Shown: one piece after another, positions 34,051-43,470 of the stretch | Layout of the letters: each line of letters begins with the position of its first letter | Position numbering within the stretch: the first letter of the stretch is position 1 | NCBI GenBank assembly: GCA_049318165.1 | Contig: JBMOGW010000001.1 | Coordinates: forward strand, 1-43,581 | DNA: 43,581 bases | Source: Ilumatobacteraceae bacterium | GTDB taxonomy: Bacteria; Actinomycetota; Acidimicrobiia; Acidimicrobiales; Ilumatobacteraceae | Direction: 5' to 3' | The notes under the pieces: model-generated | Database searches by the model: none | Told to the model about the DNA's origin: nothing | Seen by the model: only the letters and a program-made list of their open reading frames with translations | Made by a program: the position numbers and the translations under genes

Positions 34051-35044
34051 GCCGGGCGCGGCCGTCGGCGACGATCACCAACTCGTCCAGGCCGTCGAGG
34101 TCGAGCGCGTCGGCGGGCACACCGCCGCGCATGCGCAGCCGTAGCTGCAGTCCTTCCAGCCGACGCGCCTCGGCGTCGAGGGTCTCCCCCGCAGCCTCCG
34201 TCGGCTGGCCCTGCTCGACGGCCTCGACATAGCGGTCGGGCGTGCGCAGATTCCACCACCGTCGGCCGTGACGATGGCTGTGGGCGGCGCAGCCGATGCC
34301 CAGGTAGTCGCCCTGCTCCCAGTACAGCATGTTGTGCCGGCACTCGTGGTCGGGCAGCGCCCAGTTGCTGACTTCGTAGTTCTCGCGTCCGGCGGCCACC
34401 AGCAGGTCGTCGACGAGTTCGTACTTGTCAGCGAGGTCGTCGTCGTCGGGGTGACGCTGCGGCTCCTCGGCGAGCGGCGTGCCCGCCTCGACGGTCAGTG
34501 CATACGCCGAGACGTGCGGCGGCTCGAGTTCGAGCGCTCGCTCGACCGTGGTGCGCCAGTCGTCGAGCGACTCACCGGCGGCGCCGTAGATCAGGTCCAT
34601 GTTGAAGGTGGGAATGCCGGCACGGCGCACCGAGGCGACCGCTCGCTCGACGTTCTCGGGCACGTGGCTGCGACCGAGCGACGCCAGCACGTGCGGCACC
34701 ATCGATTGCACCCCGATGCTCACCCGGTTCACGCCGGCGTCGGCGTAGACGGCCATCATCGTGTCGGTGACGTCGTCGGGGTTGCACTCCACCGTCACCT
34801 CGGCGCCCGGCACCGTCGGGATGGCACGCAGCACGTCAGCGAGCAGCAGCGGTTCGACGAGCGTGGGCGTGCCACCGCCCACGAACACACTCGTCACCGG
34901 CGGCAGAGAGGCACGGCGCACCTCCTCGCGGAGGGCGGCCATGTAGCGGTCTTGGAGATGATGGCGGTCGGTCCACGTCGCGAAGGCGCAGTAGTCGCAG
35001 CGACGCGAGCAGAACGGGATGTGGACGTAGACGCCGAACGCCAC
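33998..35044 (-). CDS. hemW: Radical SAM heme chaperone HemW (HemN-like)
   Basis: MAFGVYVHIPFCSRRCDYCAF (CxxxCxxC radical-SAM motif) and a HemN C-terminal domain. At 348 aa it matches HemW rather than the longer HemN. Confidence 0.9.
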   Translation of the reverse strand: MAFGVYVHIPFCSRRCDYCAFATWTDRHHLQDRYMAALREEVRRASLPPVTSVFVGGGTPTLVEPLLLADVLRAIPTVPGAEVTVECNPDDVTDTMMAVYADAGVNRVSIGVQSMVPHVLASLGRSHVPENVERAVASVRRAGIPTFNMDLIYGAAGESLDDWRTTVERALELEPPHVSAYALTVEAGTPLAEEPQRHPDDDDLADKYELVDDLLVAAGRENYEVSNWALPDHECRHNMLYWEQGDYLGIGCAAHSHRHGRRWWNLRTPDRYVEAVEQGQPTEAAGETLDAEARRLEGLQLRLRMRGGVPADALDLDGLDELVIVADGRARLTRRGRLLANEVSMRLR

Positions 35045-35046
35045 CG

Positions 35047-35559
35047 TCAGGGGCGATACAACAGGTCGAGCGCGTCGAGGCGCTGGCCGACCTGGTCGAC
35101 GGGCACATCGAGCATCGCGGCGATGGCACGGGTGTCGTCGCCGCGGACGGTGATGACCTTGCCGTTGAAGTCCTGGCGCTGCACCTGGATCATCTTCAGG
35201 AAGCGGGTGAGCATCTCGAACGGCTGGCCGCTCAACTGGCTGAGCTTCAACAGGTCGACGGCCAACTTCTTGCGGGCCTCGCCCTCGCCCTCGGCGGCCG
35301 GCACGGCGTCCTCACGGGGCAGCAACTGGTCGACGGGGACGTTGTAGAACTTCGCCAGGCGCTCGAGGCGGGGCACCGAGATGGCTCGTTCGCCGCGCTC
35401 GTAGGCGCCGAGCACCGAGGCCTTGAACTCCTCCTCGGAGTTGGCCTCGACCTCCTGCAGCGACAGACGCTTCTGGCGGCGGATGACGCGCAGGCGCTCG
35501 CCCACCTTGCGGCTGTAGGGCGAGGAAGCAACATCGTCGTCGTACTCGCGCATGCTCAT
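35047..35559 (-). CDS. XRE-family helix-turn-helix transcriptional regulator with an uncharacterised C-terminal domain
   Basis: HTH: VGERLRVIRRQKRLSLQEVEANSEEEFKASVLGAYERGERAISVPRLERLAKFY. The C-terminal ~90 aa (LLKLSQLSGQPFEMLTRFLKMIQVQRQDFNGKVITVRGDD...) match no family I recognise. A GAGGAGAAAG RBS is present. Confidence 0.8.
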   Translation of the reverse strand: MSMREYDDDVASSPYSRKVGERLRVIRRQKRLSLQEVEANSEEEFKASVLGAYERGERAISVPRLERLAKFYNVPVDQLLPREDAVPAAEGEGEARKKLAVDLLKLSQLSGQPFEMLTRFLKMIQVQRQDFNGKVITVRGDDTRAIAAMLDVPVDQVGQRLDALDLLYRP

Positions 35560-35696
35560 CGTTCTTTCTCCTCGGGCTCGCCGATCGTCGGACCCCGTCC
35601 GAATGTCCTGCAGCGTGGCGGCATTGCCGCTCAGTGTGGCACAGGGTGACCCGATTCACAACCCTTCGTGAAGACCGAGCACTGTCCGTGGATTTT

Positions 35697-36362
35697 TCAG
35701 TGGTTCAGCAACATGCCACACGCCGCGGCGACGGCGGCGGTCTCCACCCGCAGCACCGTGTCCACCAACGCGATGCGTGGCAACGCCACCGCGAGCTCGT
35801 CCGGGCTGAACCCGCCCTCGGGCCCGATCAGCACCGTACGGTGTCCCCCACCGGCCTCGCCACCGGGTTCGGCCAGCGCTGCTCCGGGCAGGGCCGCTGC
35901 CTGTTCGAACGGCACCGGACCGCGCACGACGGGCAACCACACCCGCCTGCTCTGCACGGCGGCCTCTCGAGCGACCCGCTGCAGGCGGGCCATCGGCTTC
36001 ACGCCGCGCTCGCCATCCCATCGCACGACACTGCGGGCGCAGTGCAGCAGCACGATCTCCCGCACGCCGAGCTCCGTGAGCTTCTGCACCATCCACTCGG
36101 CACGGTCGCCCTTGGGGATCGCCGCAGCGATCGTGCACGGCGCCGGCTCGGGTTCGTGCTCCACAGGGCCGGAGGGCACCAGTGCGGCGCCGGCGACCAC
36201 CGTGGTGCGCCACGCGCCGCTCCCGTCCGACACGGTGACCACCTCGCCGTCGCGAAGGCGCAGCACGCGGAACAGGTGATGCGCGTCGTCGGACTCGGGT
36301 TCGGGCGCGTCGACCGACGCGACGAACACGTGCGCCGCGCTGGTGCGCAGCGCCGGGTTCAC
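35697..36362 (-). CDS. rsmE: 16S rRNA (uracil1498-N3)-methyltransferase RsmE
   Basis: A PUA-like N-terminus ([22 protein letters not shown]) and a SPOUT C-terminus ([13 protein letters not shown]...[10 protein letters not shown]). The GTG start overlaps the dnaJ TGA (GTGA). Confidence 0.85.
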   Translation of the reverse strand: MNPALRTSAAHVFVASVDAPEPESDDAHHLFRVLRLRDGEVVTVSDGSGAWRTTVVAGAALVPSGPVEHEPEPAPCTIAAAIPKGDRAEWMVQKLTELGVREIVLLHCARSVVRWDGERGVKPMARLQRVAREAAVQSRRVWLPVVRGPVPFEQAAALPGAALAEPGGEAGGGHRTVLIGPEGGFSPDELAVALPRIALVDTVLRVETAAVAAACGMLLNH

Positions 36363-37474
36363 TGGAACGCCGACTTGATGCGCGAGAAGAGTCCGGTCTC
36401 CTGGTGCAACTCCTCGCCGCGAGCCTCGGCGAACTTGCGCAACAGCTCGGCCTCGAAGTCGGTCAGCTTGGTCGGCACCTGCACGTCGACCCGCACGCGC
36501 AGGTCACCACGGCCGCGTCCCTGCAGACGCGGCACGCCGCGCTGGCGCAGCACGAACTCGCGGCCGGGCTGCGTGCCCGCAGGCACGACGATCTCCTCGT
36601 CGCCCTCCAGCGTGGTCAGGACGAACTTCGCACCGAGCGCCGCCTGGGCGATCGACACCGGCAACTCGGCGACCAGGTCGTCGGCCTCACGCCGGAACCG
36701 CTCGTGTGGCGCCACCCGCAGGTGCACGTACAGATCGCCCGCCGCGCCGCCACGGGGGCCGACGGCACCACGCCCTGTGAGCCGCAAGGTGGAACCCGTG
36801 TCGACACCGGCCGGGACGTCCACCTGGTACGTCTTCTCGGTGATGGTGCGGCCCTCACCATTGCAGGTGGTGCACGGGGTGACGACGACCTGGCCGAGGC
36901 CGCCGCACTTCGGGCACGCCGACGAGGTGACCATCTGACCGAGCATGCTCTGGCGCACGCGCTGCACCTGGCCCTGTCCGTTGCACTCGCTGCACACCAC
37001 CGGCTTCGTGCCGCCGCCGGCACCGCTGCCGCTGCAGTCGTCGCACCGCAACGCGGTGCGCACGGTGACCGGCACCGTGGCCCCGAACACCGCCTGCTCG
37101 AACGCGATGTCGGCGACGACCTCGAGGTCCTGTCCACGCGGTGGGCCGGCCGGGCCGCGGGCACCGCCGAAGGGACTGCCGCCGCCGAAGAACGCGTCGA
37201 ACAGGTCACCGAGACCGCCGGCGCCACCGGCACCGAAGAAGTCGCCGGGATTGCCGCCGACCCCCTGCTCGCCGTACCGGTCGTAGCGGGCGCGTTGCTC
37301 GGGGTCGCTCAGCACCTCGTAGGCCTGGGCAACCTGCTTGAACTGCTCCTCGGCGGCCGGATCGCCCGGATTCGCGTCGGGATGCAGCTCGCGGGCGAGC
37401 TTGCGGTACGCCTTCTTGATCTCATCGGCCGACGCCGTGCGGTGCACGCCGAGCAGTTCGTAATAGTCGGCCAT
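36359..37474 (-). CDS. dnaJ: Molecular chaperone DnaJ
   Basis: J domain ([37 protein letters not shown]), a G/F-rich linker and four CxxCxG zinc motifs ([32 protein letters not shown]). ATG at 37474 lies 1 nt after the hrcA stop. Confidence 0.95.
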   Translation of the reverse strand: MADYYELLGVHRTASADEIKKAYRKLARELHPDANPGDPAAEEQFKQVAQAYEVLSDPEQRARYDRYGEQGVGGNPGDFFGAGGAGGLGDLFDAFFGGGSPFGGARGPAGPPRGQDLEVVADIAFEQAVFGATVPVTVRTALRCDDCSGSGAGGGTKPVVCSECNGQGQVQRVRQSMLGQMVTSSACPKCGGLGQVVVTPCTTCNGEGRTITEKTYQVDVPAGVDTGSTLRLTGRGAVGPRGGAAGDLYVHLRVAPHERFRREADDLVAELPVSIAQAALGAKFVLTTLEGDEEIVVPAGTQPGREFVLRQRGVPRLQGRGRGDLRVRVDVQVPTKLTDFEAELLRKFAEARGEELHQETGLFSRIKSAFQ

Positions 37475-37475
37475 C

Positions 37476-38480
37476 TCACCCACCGTCGCTCAATCGGCGA
37501 CCGAGGCGGTCGCTCACGGCCTCGACCGTAGCCAGTGCCTGCGGGTAATCCATGCGCGTCGGGCCGAGCACGCCCACCGTGCCCACCTGTTCGCCATCCA
37601 CCACCACCGGCTTCACCACCACCGAGCACGCGGCGAGCGGCTCGATGCCGTGCTCGGCGCCGATGGCGACCGACAGGCCGCGGTCGAGGATGTCGCGCAC
37701 CAGCGACACCATCACGTACTGCTGCTCGAGCGTGCGCAGCACCGACCGCACGGTGTCGACGGTGTCGAACGCCTGCGCCATCGACGACGCCCCACCGACG
37801 AACACCGATTCCTCGTGGGGCTGCCCGATTCCGGTGATCGCCGCATCGCTCAACTGGTCGAGCTCGCGGTCTCCGGTGTGCGGAATCGCGTCGTGCACCT
37901 GTTCCAGGGTGCGACCGGCGAGGTGGGTCTGCAGGTGTGCCGTCACCGCCGAGAGGCGGATGTCCGACGTGTCGGCAGGGATCTCGATCACCTGGTTCTC
38001 GACGTTGCCGTTCGACATCACCACGACGACGGTGGCGCTGCGCGACGACAGCGACACCACCTGCACGGAGCGCACGGTGGCGCTCTGCCGCTGCGGCGGC
38101 GGGCCCACCACGAGCGCCGCGTGATGGGTGACCTGGGCCAGCAGGTTGGTGGTCTGGTGGAGCAACTCCTCGAGACGGCCGTGCGTGCTGTCGAAGAACT
38201 GGCCCACACGCTGCTGCGCGCCTTCGTCGAGCCGCCCCGGCGCCGCCATGTGGTCCACGTAGAAGCGGTAACCCTTGTCGGTGGGCACTCGGCCGGCCGA
38301 GGTGTGCGGCTGGGCCAGGTAGCCCTCCTGCTCGAGGACGGCCATCTCGTTGCGGACCGTCGCCGAGCTCACCTGCACGCCCGGCGCGTTCGCGACATGC
38401 GTGGAACCCACCGGCTGTGCGGTGGTGATGTACTCCTGCACCACGGCACGGAGGATGGCGGTCTTGCGTTCGTCGAGCAT
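37476..38480 (-). CDS. hrcA: Heat-inducible transcription repressor HrcA
   Basis: From ATG at 38480: [30 protein letters not shown]...[39 protein letters not shown]. The remaining 265 aa of the track ORF upstream are Arg-rich read-through in the photolyase gene. Confidence 0.95.
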   Translation of the reverse strand: MLDERKTAILRAVVQEYITTAQPVGSTHVANAPGVQVSSATVRNEMAVLEQEGYLAQPHTSAGRVPTDKGYRFYVDHMAAPGRLDEGAQQRVGQFFDSTHGRLEELLHQTTNLLAQVTHHAALVVGPPPQRQSATVRSVQVVSLSSRSATVVVVMSNGNVENQVIEIPADTSDIRLSAVTAHLQTHLAGRTLEQVHDAIPHTGDRELDQLSDAAITGIGQPHEESVFVGGASSMAQAFDTVDTVRSVLRTLEQQYVMVSLVRDILDRGLSVAIGAEHGIEPLAACSVVVKPVVVDGEQVGTVGVLGPTRMDYPQALATVEAVSDRLGRRLSDGG

Positions 38481-38505
38481 CGGAGTTCCTCGAGCACACG
38501 GTCGA

Positions 38506-38532
38506 TTGGCAGTCGAGCCTATCGACTGCCAG
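38506..38532. promoter_or_regulatory. CIRCE-like inverted repeat TTGGCAGTC-N9-GACTGCCAG upstream of hrcA
   Basis: It has the same 9-N9-9 geometry as canonical CIRCE (TTAGCACTC-N9-GAGTGCTAA). Symmetric substitutions occur at arm positions 3 and 7. It sits 26-52 nt upstream of the hrcA ATG and overlaps the photolyase stop codon (38519..38521). Confidence 0.55.
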
Positions 38533-39874
38533 CCGTCGCGTGTCGGTACCTGCGCAGCGCTTCCTCGCGCTCGACGGCGTGGTCGACCATCGGTGCCGGG
38601 TAGAAGGTGGGCCGCTGCAGCCCCGGCTGGTGCACTGCGACACCGGGCAGCGAGGCCAGTTCGGGCACCCACCGGCGCACGTACTCCCCCGCCGGGTCGA
38701 ACTTCTCGCCTTGCGACGTGGGGTTGAAGACCCGGAAGTAGGGCGCCGCGTCGGTGCCCGTTCCCGCGGTCCACTGCCAGCCGTGCTGGTTCGACGCCAG
38801 ATCGCCGTCGACGAGGTGGCGCATGAAGTGCGCCGCACCCCACTGCCACGGAAGATGCAGGTCCTTCACCAGGAAGCTGGCCACGATCATCCGCACCCGG
38901 TTGTGCATCCAGCCCGTCGCCAGCAGCTGGCGCATTCCCGCGTCGACGATCGGGTAGCCGGTCTGCCCCGCCGCCCACCGTTCGAAGCGGAGCCGTGCAT
39001 CGGCGTCCCGGTCGATCGGCATGGCGGTGAGCTTCGGCTCGAGGTTCTCCCATGCCGTCTCGGGCCGGCGGAACAGCACATCGGCGTAGAAGTCGCGCCA
39101 CCCCAACTCGGAGGCGAACACGGCATGGTCGCGTTCCGGCCCGAGATCGGCGAGCAGCTGTCGCGGGTGCACGGTGCCCCACCGCAACGCGGCCGACAAC
39201 CGACTGGTGCCATCCACCGCCGGAAGGTTCCGGTCGGTGTCGTACCGATCGAGTGCCGGCAGGAACTCGGCCCATCGCTCGTGGGCGGCAACCTCGCCGG
39301 CGGGTGGCAGCACCGCGTCGACCGCCGGGGAATGCGGCAGCCCATCGCTGGGCACGCTCGGCGCGCCGCGCCAGGTCGCGTCGGGCACGCCGGTCGGCGC
39401 AGCCCAGCCGATGCCGCGCCAGGCCTTCGAGAACGGTGTGAACACCCGATAGGCGGTGCCGTCGGGCTTGTTCACCTCACCGGGGGCGACCGCGTGATTG
39501 CTACCGACGCCACGGAACGCGACACCTGCCTCGCGCAGGGCTGCGCCGACCGCAGCGTCGCGGGTGCGTCCGTACGGACCGAAGTCGCGAGTGACGAACA
39601 CGGCCGTCGCGTCCACCTCCGCCACCAGCGTGGGCACCACCGATCTCGGGTCGCCGTGGCGGCACACCAGCGCACCGCCCATCGACGCGTCGAGCGCTCG
39701 CAACGCGTCCGCCATGAAGGCCCGCCTGGGTGCGCCGGCCCGATCGAATGCCGGGTCCACCACGAACAGCGGGACGACGTCGTTGCCGCCCTCTGCGGCG
39801 GCCGCGAGGGCGGGCAGATCGCTCAGCCGCAGATCCCTGCGGAACCACATCACGACGGTGGAGCCCATGGCCAC
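38519..39874 (-). CDS. phr: Deoxyribodipyrimidine photolyase (class I CPD photolyase / cryptochrome family)
   Basis: N-terminal photolyase domain (VVMWFRRDLRLSDLPAL) and FAD-binding domain (TSRLSAALRWGTVHPRQ, GYPIVDAGMRQLLATGWMHNRVRMIVASFL, DGDLASNQHGWQW). GTG at 39874 or ATG at 39868. Confidence 0.9.
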   Translation of the reverse strand: MAMGSTVVMWFRRDLRLSDLPALAAAAEGGNDVVPLFVVDPAFDRAGAPRRAFMADALRALDASMGGALVCRHGDPRSVVPTLVAEVDATAVFVTRDFGPYGRTRDAAVGAALREAGVAFRGVGSNHAVAPGEVNKPDGTAYRVFTPFSKAWRGIGWAAPTGVPDATWRGAPSVPSDGLPHSPAVDAVLPPAGEVAAHERWAEFLPALDRYDTDRNLPAVDGTSRLSAALRWGTVHPRQLLADLGPERDHAVFASELGWRDFYADVLFRRPETAWENLEPKLTAMPIDRDADARLRFERWAAGQTGYPIVDAGMRQLLATGWMHNRVRMIVASFLVKDLHLPWQWGAAHFMRHLVDGDLASNQHGWQWTAGTGTDAAPYFRVFNPTSQGEKFDPAGEYVRRWVPELASLPGVAVHQPGLQRPTFYPAPMVDHAVEREEALRRYRHATAGSR

Positions 39875-39898
39875 GAGTGTCGCCTACCCTTCCCCACC

Positions 39899-40507
39899 GT
39901 GCCCATTCCTACGACGCCGCTGCCCGCACTGATCCTCCTGGTGCGCCATGGCGCCACGGAATGGTCGGTGACGGGCCAGCACACGGGCCGCACCGACATC
40001 GCGCTCACACCCCTCGGCGTGCAGCAGGCGCAGTCGGCGGCGGCCGTCATCCACCACTGGCTCGATGGCGCGGATCCGGTGGTCTTCACCAGTCCGCTGC
40101 AGCGGGCCGCACACACGGCGGCACTCGCCCTGCCCGACCATCCGGCCGAGTCGGTCGATGCCCTGATGGAGTACGACTACGGCCAGTACGAGGGCCTCAC
40201 CACGAGCGAGATCTACGCGCGAGACCCGGACTGGGACCTGTTCGGGTCCGGCTGCCCGGGCGGCGAGAACATCCTGCAAGTGGGGGCGCGGTGCGACGCG
40301 TTCATCGCGAAGATGGAGCGCACGTGCACCGGCCGCGCCGTCGTGGCGTTCACGCACGGCCACCTCAGCCGCATCCTCACGGCGCGGCTGCTCGACATCC
40401 CGGCGTCAGCCGCCGGCGGCCTCTGGAACGACACCGCCTCGGTGGCCGCCATCAACCTCCACCGCGGCCGCCTGGTGCTGGTCGGCTGGAACGTCACTGC
40501 GCTGTGA
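39899..40507 (+). CDS. Histidine phosphatase family protein (phosphoglycerate-mutase-like)
   Basis: Contains the RHG catalytic motif LILLVRHGATEWSVTGQHTGRTD and the second His in FTHGHLSRIL. GTG at 39899 is the only plausible in-frame start. The track ORF upstream is antisense to the photolyase gene. Confidence 0.8.
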   Translation: MPIPTTPLPALILLVRHGATEWSVTGQHTGRTDIALTPLGVQQAQSAAAVIHHWLDGADPVVFTSPLQRAAHTAALALPDHPAESVDALMEYDYGQYEGLTTSEIYARDPDWDLFGSGCPGGENILQVGARCDAFIAKMERTCTGRAVVAFTHGHLSRILTARLLDIPASAAGGLWNDTASVAAINLHRGRLVLVGWNVTAL

Positions 40508-41704
40508 GCGACGCAGCGCATACCCCGCAGTGACGGACACCAGCGTGATGACGCTGCCGTAGGCGAGGCTCCATTCGGCGCTGACGTGGTCGGCGATCCA
40601 GCCGGTGATCGGGGCGCCGATCGGCGTGCTCCCGAGGAACGCGACGGCGCTGAGCGCGAGCAGCCGGCCGCGCATGTCGGGCGGCGACTCCTGCTGCAGG
40701 ATGGCGTTCTGGCCCGCGATCACCGCGGCGCCGCCCATGCCGACCGGGATGCTCACGAGCACCGCCAGCCATGGTCCCGGCGCCCACGCGAGACCGAGGC
40801 CGCTCACGCCGAGCAGGACGCCGTTGCCGAAGAACCACCGCGTGGTCACCCGCGGCCGGGCAGCCGTCAGCAGCGAACCGATCATGCTGCCGAGGCCGGT
40901 GGAGGCGAGCAGGATGCCGAACCATCGGCGGTCGCCGAAGCGCACGTCGCTGAGCTTCAGCAGCGACACGCTGTAGTTGAAGGCGAACGTGCCGACGAGC
41001 GTGAACACGACGAACACGACCAGCAGGCGGCGGTCGCGGACGATGAATCGGATCGCATCACGCACCGGCGTGCCACCGCGCTGGGCAGGCACCGAGGGGT
41101 GCAGTTGCGTGCGGTCGATGGCGATGAGTGGCCAGATGATCGCTGCGAACGACACACCGTTGAGGATGAACAGCCAGCCCGCCCCGAGCGGCCCCTTCAA
41201 GAACGCGGCGAGCGCCGGGCCGACGATGCGTGACCCGGTCATCACGGCCGTGTTCAGCGAGACGGCGTTGCTGATCTCCTGCGGCTCGACGAGTTCGATC
41301 ACGAACCCGCGTCTCGCCGGGTTGTCGAACGCTGCGGCGACGCCGAGCACCAGCGACAGTCCGTAGAGGACGAACAGGTTCGTCCACCCGGCCAGATACA
41401 GCACGCCGAGGAGGATCGCCTGGGCGGCCATCAACGACTGGGTGAGGATCGCCATCCGCCGCTTGTCGCGACGGTCGGCCACTGCCCCGGCCCAACTGCC
41501 GAGCACCAGCATCGGCAAGAACTGGCAGAGCAGATTGATGCCCGTGTCGGTGGCGTTGCCGGTCAACTCGTACACCACCAGCGAGGTGGCGGTCATCTGC
41601 ACCCAGGTGCCGACGTTGCTCACGAGCAGCCCGAGGAAGAACAGCCGAGCGTTGCGGTGACGCAGCGAACTGAACATCGCGCTGCGGACCGAAGGCTGGG
41701 ACAT
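40406..41704 (-). CDS. MFS transporter (EntS/MFS_3-like)
   Basis: From ATG at 41704, preceded by AAAGGA: MSQPSVRSAMFSSLRHRNARLFFLGLLVSNVGTWVQ...GAVADRRDKRRM. About 12 hydrophobic helices. The last ~34 aa overlap the phosphatase gene 3' end by 102 nt (convergent). Confidence 0.85.
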   Translation of the reverse strand: MSQPSVRSAMFSSLRHRNARLFFLGLLVSNVGTWVQMTATSLVVYELTGNATDTGINLLCQFLPMLVLGSWAGAVADRRDKRRMAILTQSLMAAQAILLGVLYLAGWTNLFVLYGLSLVLGVAAAFDNPARRGFVIELVEPQEISNAVSLNTAVMTGSRIVGPALAAFLKGPLGAGWLFILNGVSFAAIIWPLIAIDRTQLHPSVPAQRGGTPVRDAIRFIVRDRRLLVVFVVFTLVGTFAFNYSVSLLKLSDVRFGDRRWFGILLASTGLGSMIGSLLTAARPRVTTRWFFGNGVLLGVSGLGLAWAPGPWLAVLVSIPVGMGGAAVIAGQNAILQQESPPDMRGRLLALSAVAFLGSTPIGAPITGWIADHVSAEWSLAYGSVITLVSVTAGYALRRSQRSDVPADQHQAAAVEVDGGHRGGVVPEAAGG

Positions 41705-41741
41705 CACCGTCCTTTCTAGCCCCTCGCGGCAGGATGTAGCG

Positions 41742-43445
41742 GTGCTCCACAACACGTCCACCGGCGAGGAGGCGCTGCGCCTGCTGACCGACCTCGGGGC
41801 GAGCCGCGGCAGCGCGGTGGGGTTGGCGGTCGCGGCGGACGGCACGACGGGACTCGCGTTCGGTGACGATCTGGTGGCCGTGCACGGCGGCGCGGCGGTG
41901 GTCGCCGCCCTCGACGAGTCCCTGCGGCCGCGCTGGGTGACCTGGAGCCCCGACGTCGCGGCCTCGTTGGTGGCCCACGGCACCCGGGTGGCGACGTGCT
42001 GGGACGTCGCGGCGGTGCACCGGCTGATGGCCGGCGGGTGGCGATCCGACCCGGCGCGGGTGTGGGCCTGGCTGCACGACCTCGACCGTCGCGGCCTCCC
42101 AGTGGTCGGGCAACTCGACCTGATCGGTGGCGGTGACGGCGACCCCGAAGACCCGGTGCGACCGGACCGTTATCTGCGCGCCGACTGGGTGGGTGGCCTG
42201 TGGTGGTCGTCGCCGCAGCGGGCAGCGCAGTGGGCGGCCGTCGGCCTGCGCGCGGCGGCGGCGCAAGTGGCCCGTCTGACCGGGTGGCGCGACGCGGGCG
42301 AAGTGGCGGGCGATCCGCTCGCCACGGCCCGGGCCGAGTCGACCGCGGAACTGCTGTGCGTCGAGCTGGCGGCCGACGGCCTGCCGATCGACGTGCGACA
42401 GGCGGTGGCGCTGATCGACGCCATCGTCGAGCCACGACCCGCGCTGGAGGACGAGATTCGATCCCTGCTGCCCGTCGGCAGTCAACTGGACCTGCGCAGC
42501 CCGGACTCGGTGAAGGACATGCTCCGTCGCCTCGGCATCGACCTGCCCGACACGCGGGCGTGGCGACTGGAGAGCCTGCGCGGCACCCACCCGGTGATCG
42601 AGCCGCTGCTGCGCTGGCGCAAGGCGGAGCGGATCGCCACCACGTTCGGCCACCAATGGCTCGCCGAGCACGTCGGCGCCGACGGCCGCCTGCGCGGCGC
42701 GTGGTCGGCCAGCGACGGTGCCGCCGGGCGGATGACCGCTCAGGCGGGTCTGCACAACCTGCCGGCCGAACTCCGCCCGGTGGTGCGCGCCGAGGCGGGA
42801 CATGTGTTCGTGCGTGCCGACCTCGGCCAGATCGAGCCGCGGGTGCTCGCTGCGGTGTCGGGCGACGTGGCGCTGCGCCGCGCCACGCAGGACGACGATC
42901 TCTACGCCCCCGTCGCCGCACGGCTCGGCGTCGAGCGGTCCGTCGCCAAGGTGGCGGTGCTCGCGGCGATGTACGGGCAGACGAGCGGCACCGCCGGCCA
43001 GGCGCTGCGCGGGCTCGAGCAGGGCTACCCCACCGCGATGCGCTACCTGCAGGATGCGGCGAAGGCCGGCCAGGCGGGCGTCTCGCCGCGCACCTACGGC
43101 GGTCGGCTGGTGCGCATGGGCGAGGTGACCGACGGCGACCACAGCGGTGCGGCGGCCGCCGCCAGGGGGCGCTACGCACGCAACGCGATGGTGCAGGGTG
43201 CGGCCGCCGAGCTGTTCAAGGTGTGGGCCGTCACGTTGCGAGCGCGCATGCAGGCCCTCGATGCTCGCATCGTGCTGTGCCTGCACGACGAACTGCTGGT
43301 GCACGTCGCCGAGGCACAGGCCGACGACGTCGTCGCCCTGCTCGACGCCTGCCTGCAGGAGGCCGCCCACCGCTGGCACCCCACCTGCGAGACCCGCTTC
43401 GTCACCGACACGAGCGTCGTCCACACCTGGGCCGACGCGAAGTAG
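41742..43445 (+). CDS. Family A DNA polymerase paralogue (exonuclease-like N-domain + polymerase domain, no 5' nuclease domain)
   Basis: Pol I motif A (FVRADLGQIEPRVLA), motif B (RSVAKVAVLAAMYGQTS) and motif C (LCLHDELLV). At only 567 aa, the 5'-3' exonuclease domain is absent. GTG start at 41742. Confidence 0.85.
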   Translation: MLHNTSTGEEALRLLTDLGASRGSAVGLAVAADGTTGLAFGDDLVAVHGGAAVVAALDESLRPRWVTWSPDVAASLVAHGTRVATCWDVAAVHRLMAGGWRSDPARVWAWLHDLDRRGLPVVGQLDLIGGGDGDPEDPVRPDRYLRADWVGGLWWSSPQRAAQWAAVGLRAAAAQVARLTGWRDAGEVAGDPLATARAESTAELLCVELAADGLPIDVRQAVALIDAIVEPRPALEDEIRSLLPVGSQLDLRSPDSVKDMLRRLGIDLPDTRAWRLESLRGTHPVIEPLLRWRKAERIATTFGHQWLAEHVGADGRLRGAWSASDGAAGRMTAQAGLHNLPAELRPVVRAEAGHVFVRADLGQIEPRVLAAVSGDVALRRATQDDDLYAPVAARLGVERSVAKVAVLAAMYGQTSGTAGQALRGLEQGYPTAMRYLQDAAKAGQAGVSPRTYGGRLVRMGEVTDGDHSGAAAAARGRYARNAMVQGAAAELFKVWAVTLRARMQALDARIVLCLHDELLVHVAEAQADDVVALLDACLQEAAHRWHPTCETRFVTDTSVVHTWADAK

Positions 43446-43470
43446 CGTTCATTCCGACGAGGAGGTCACG

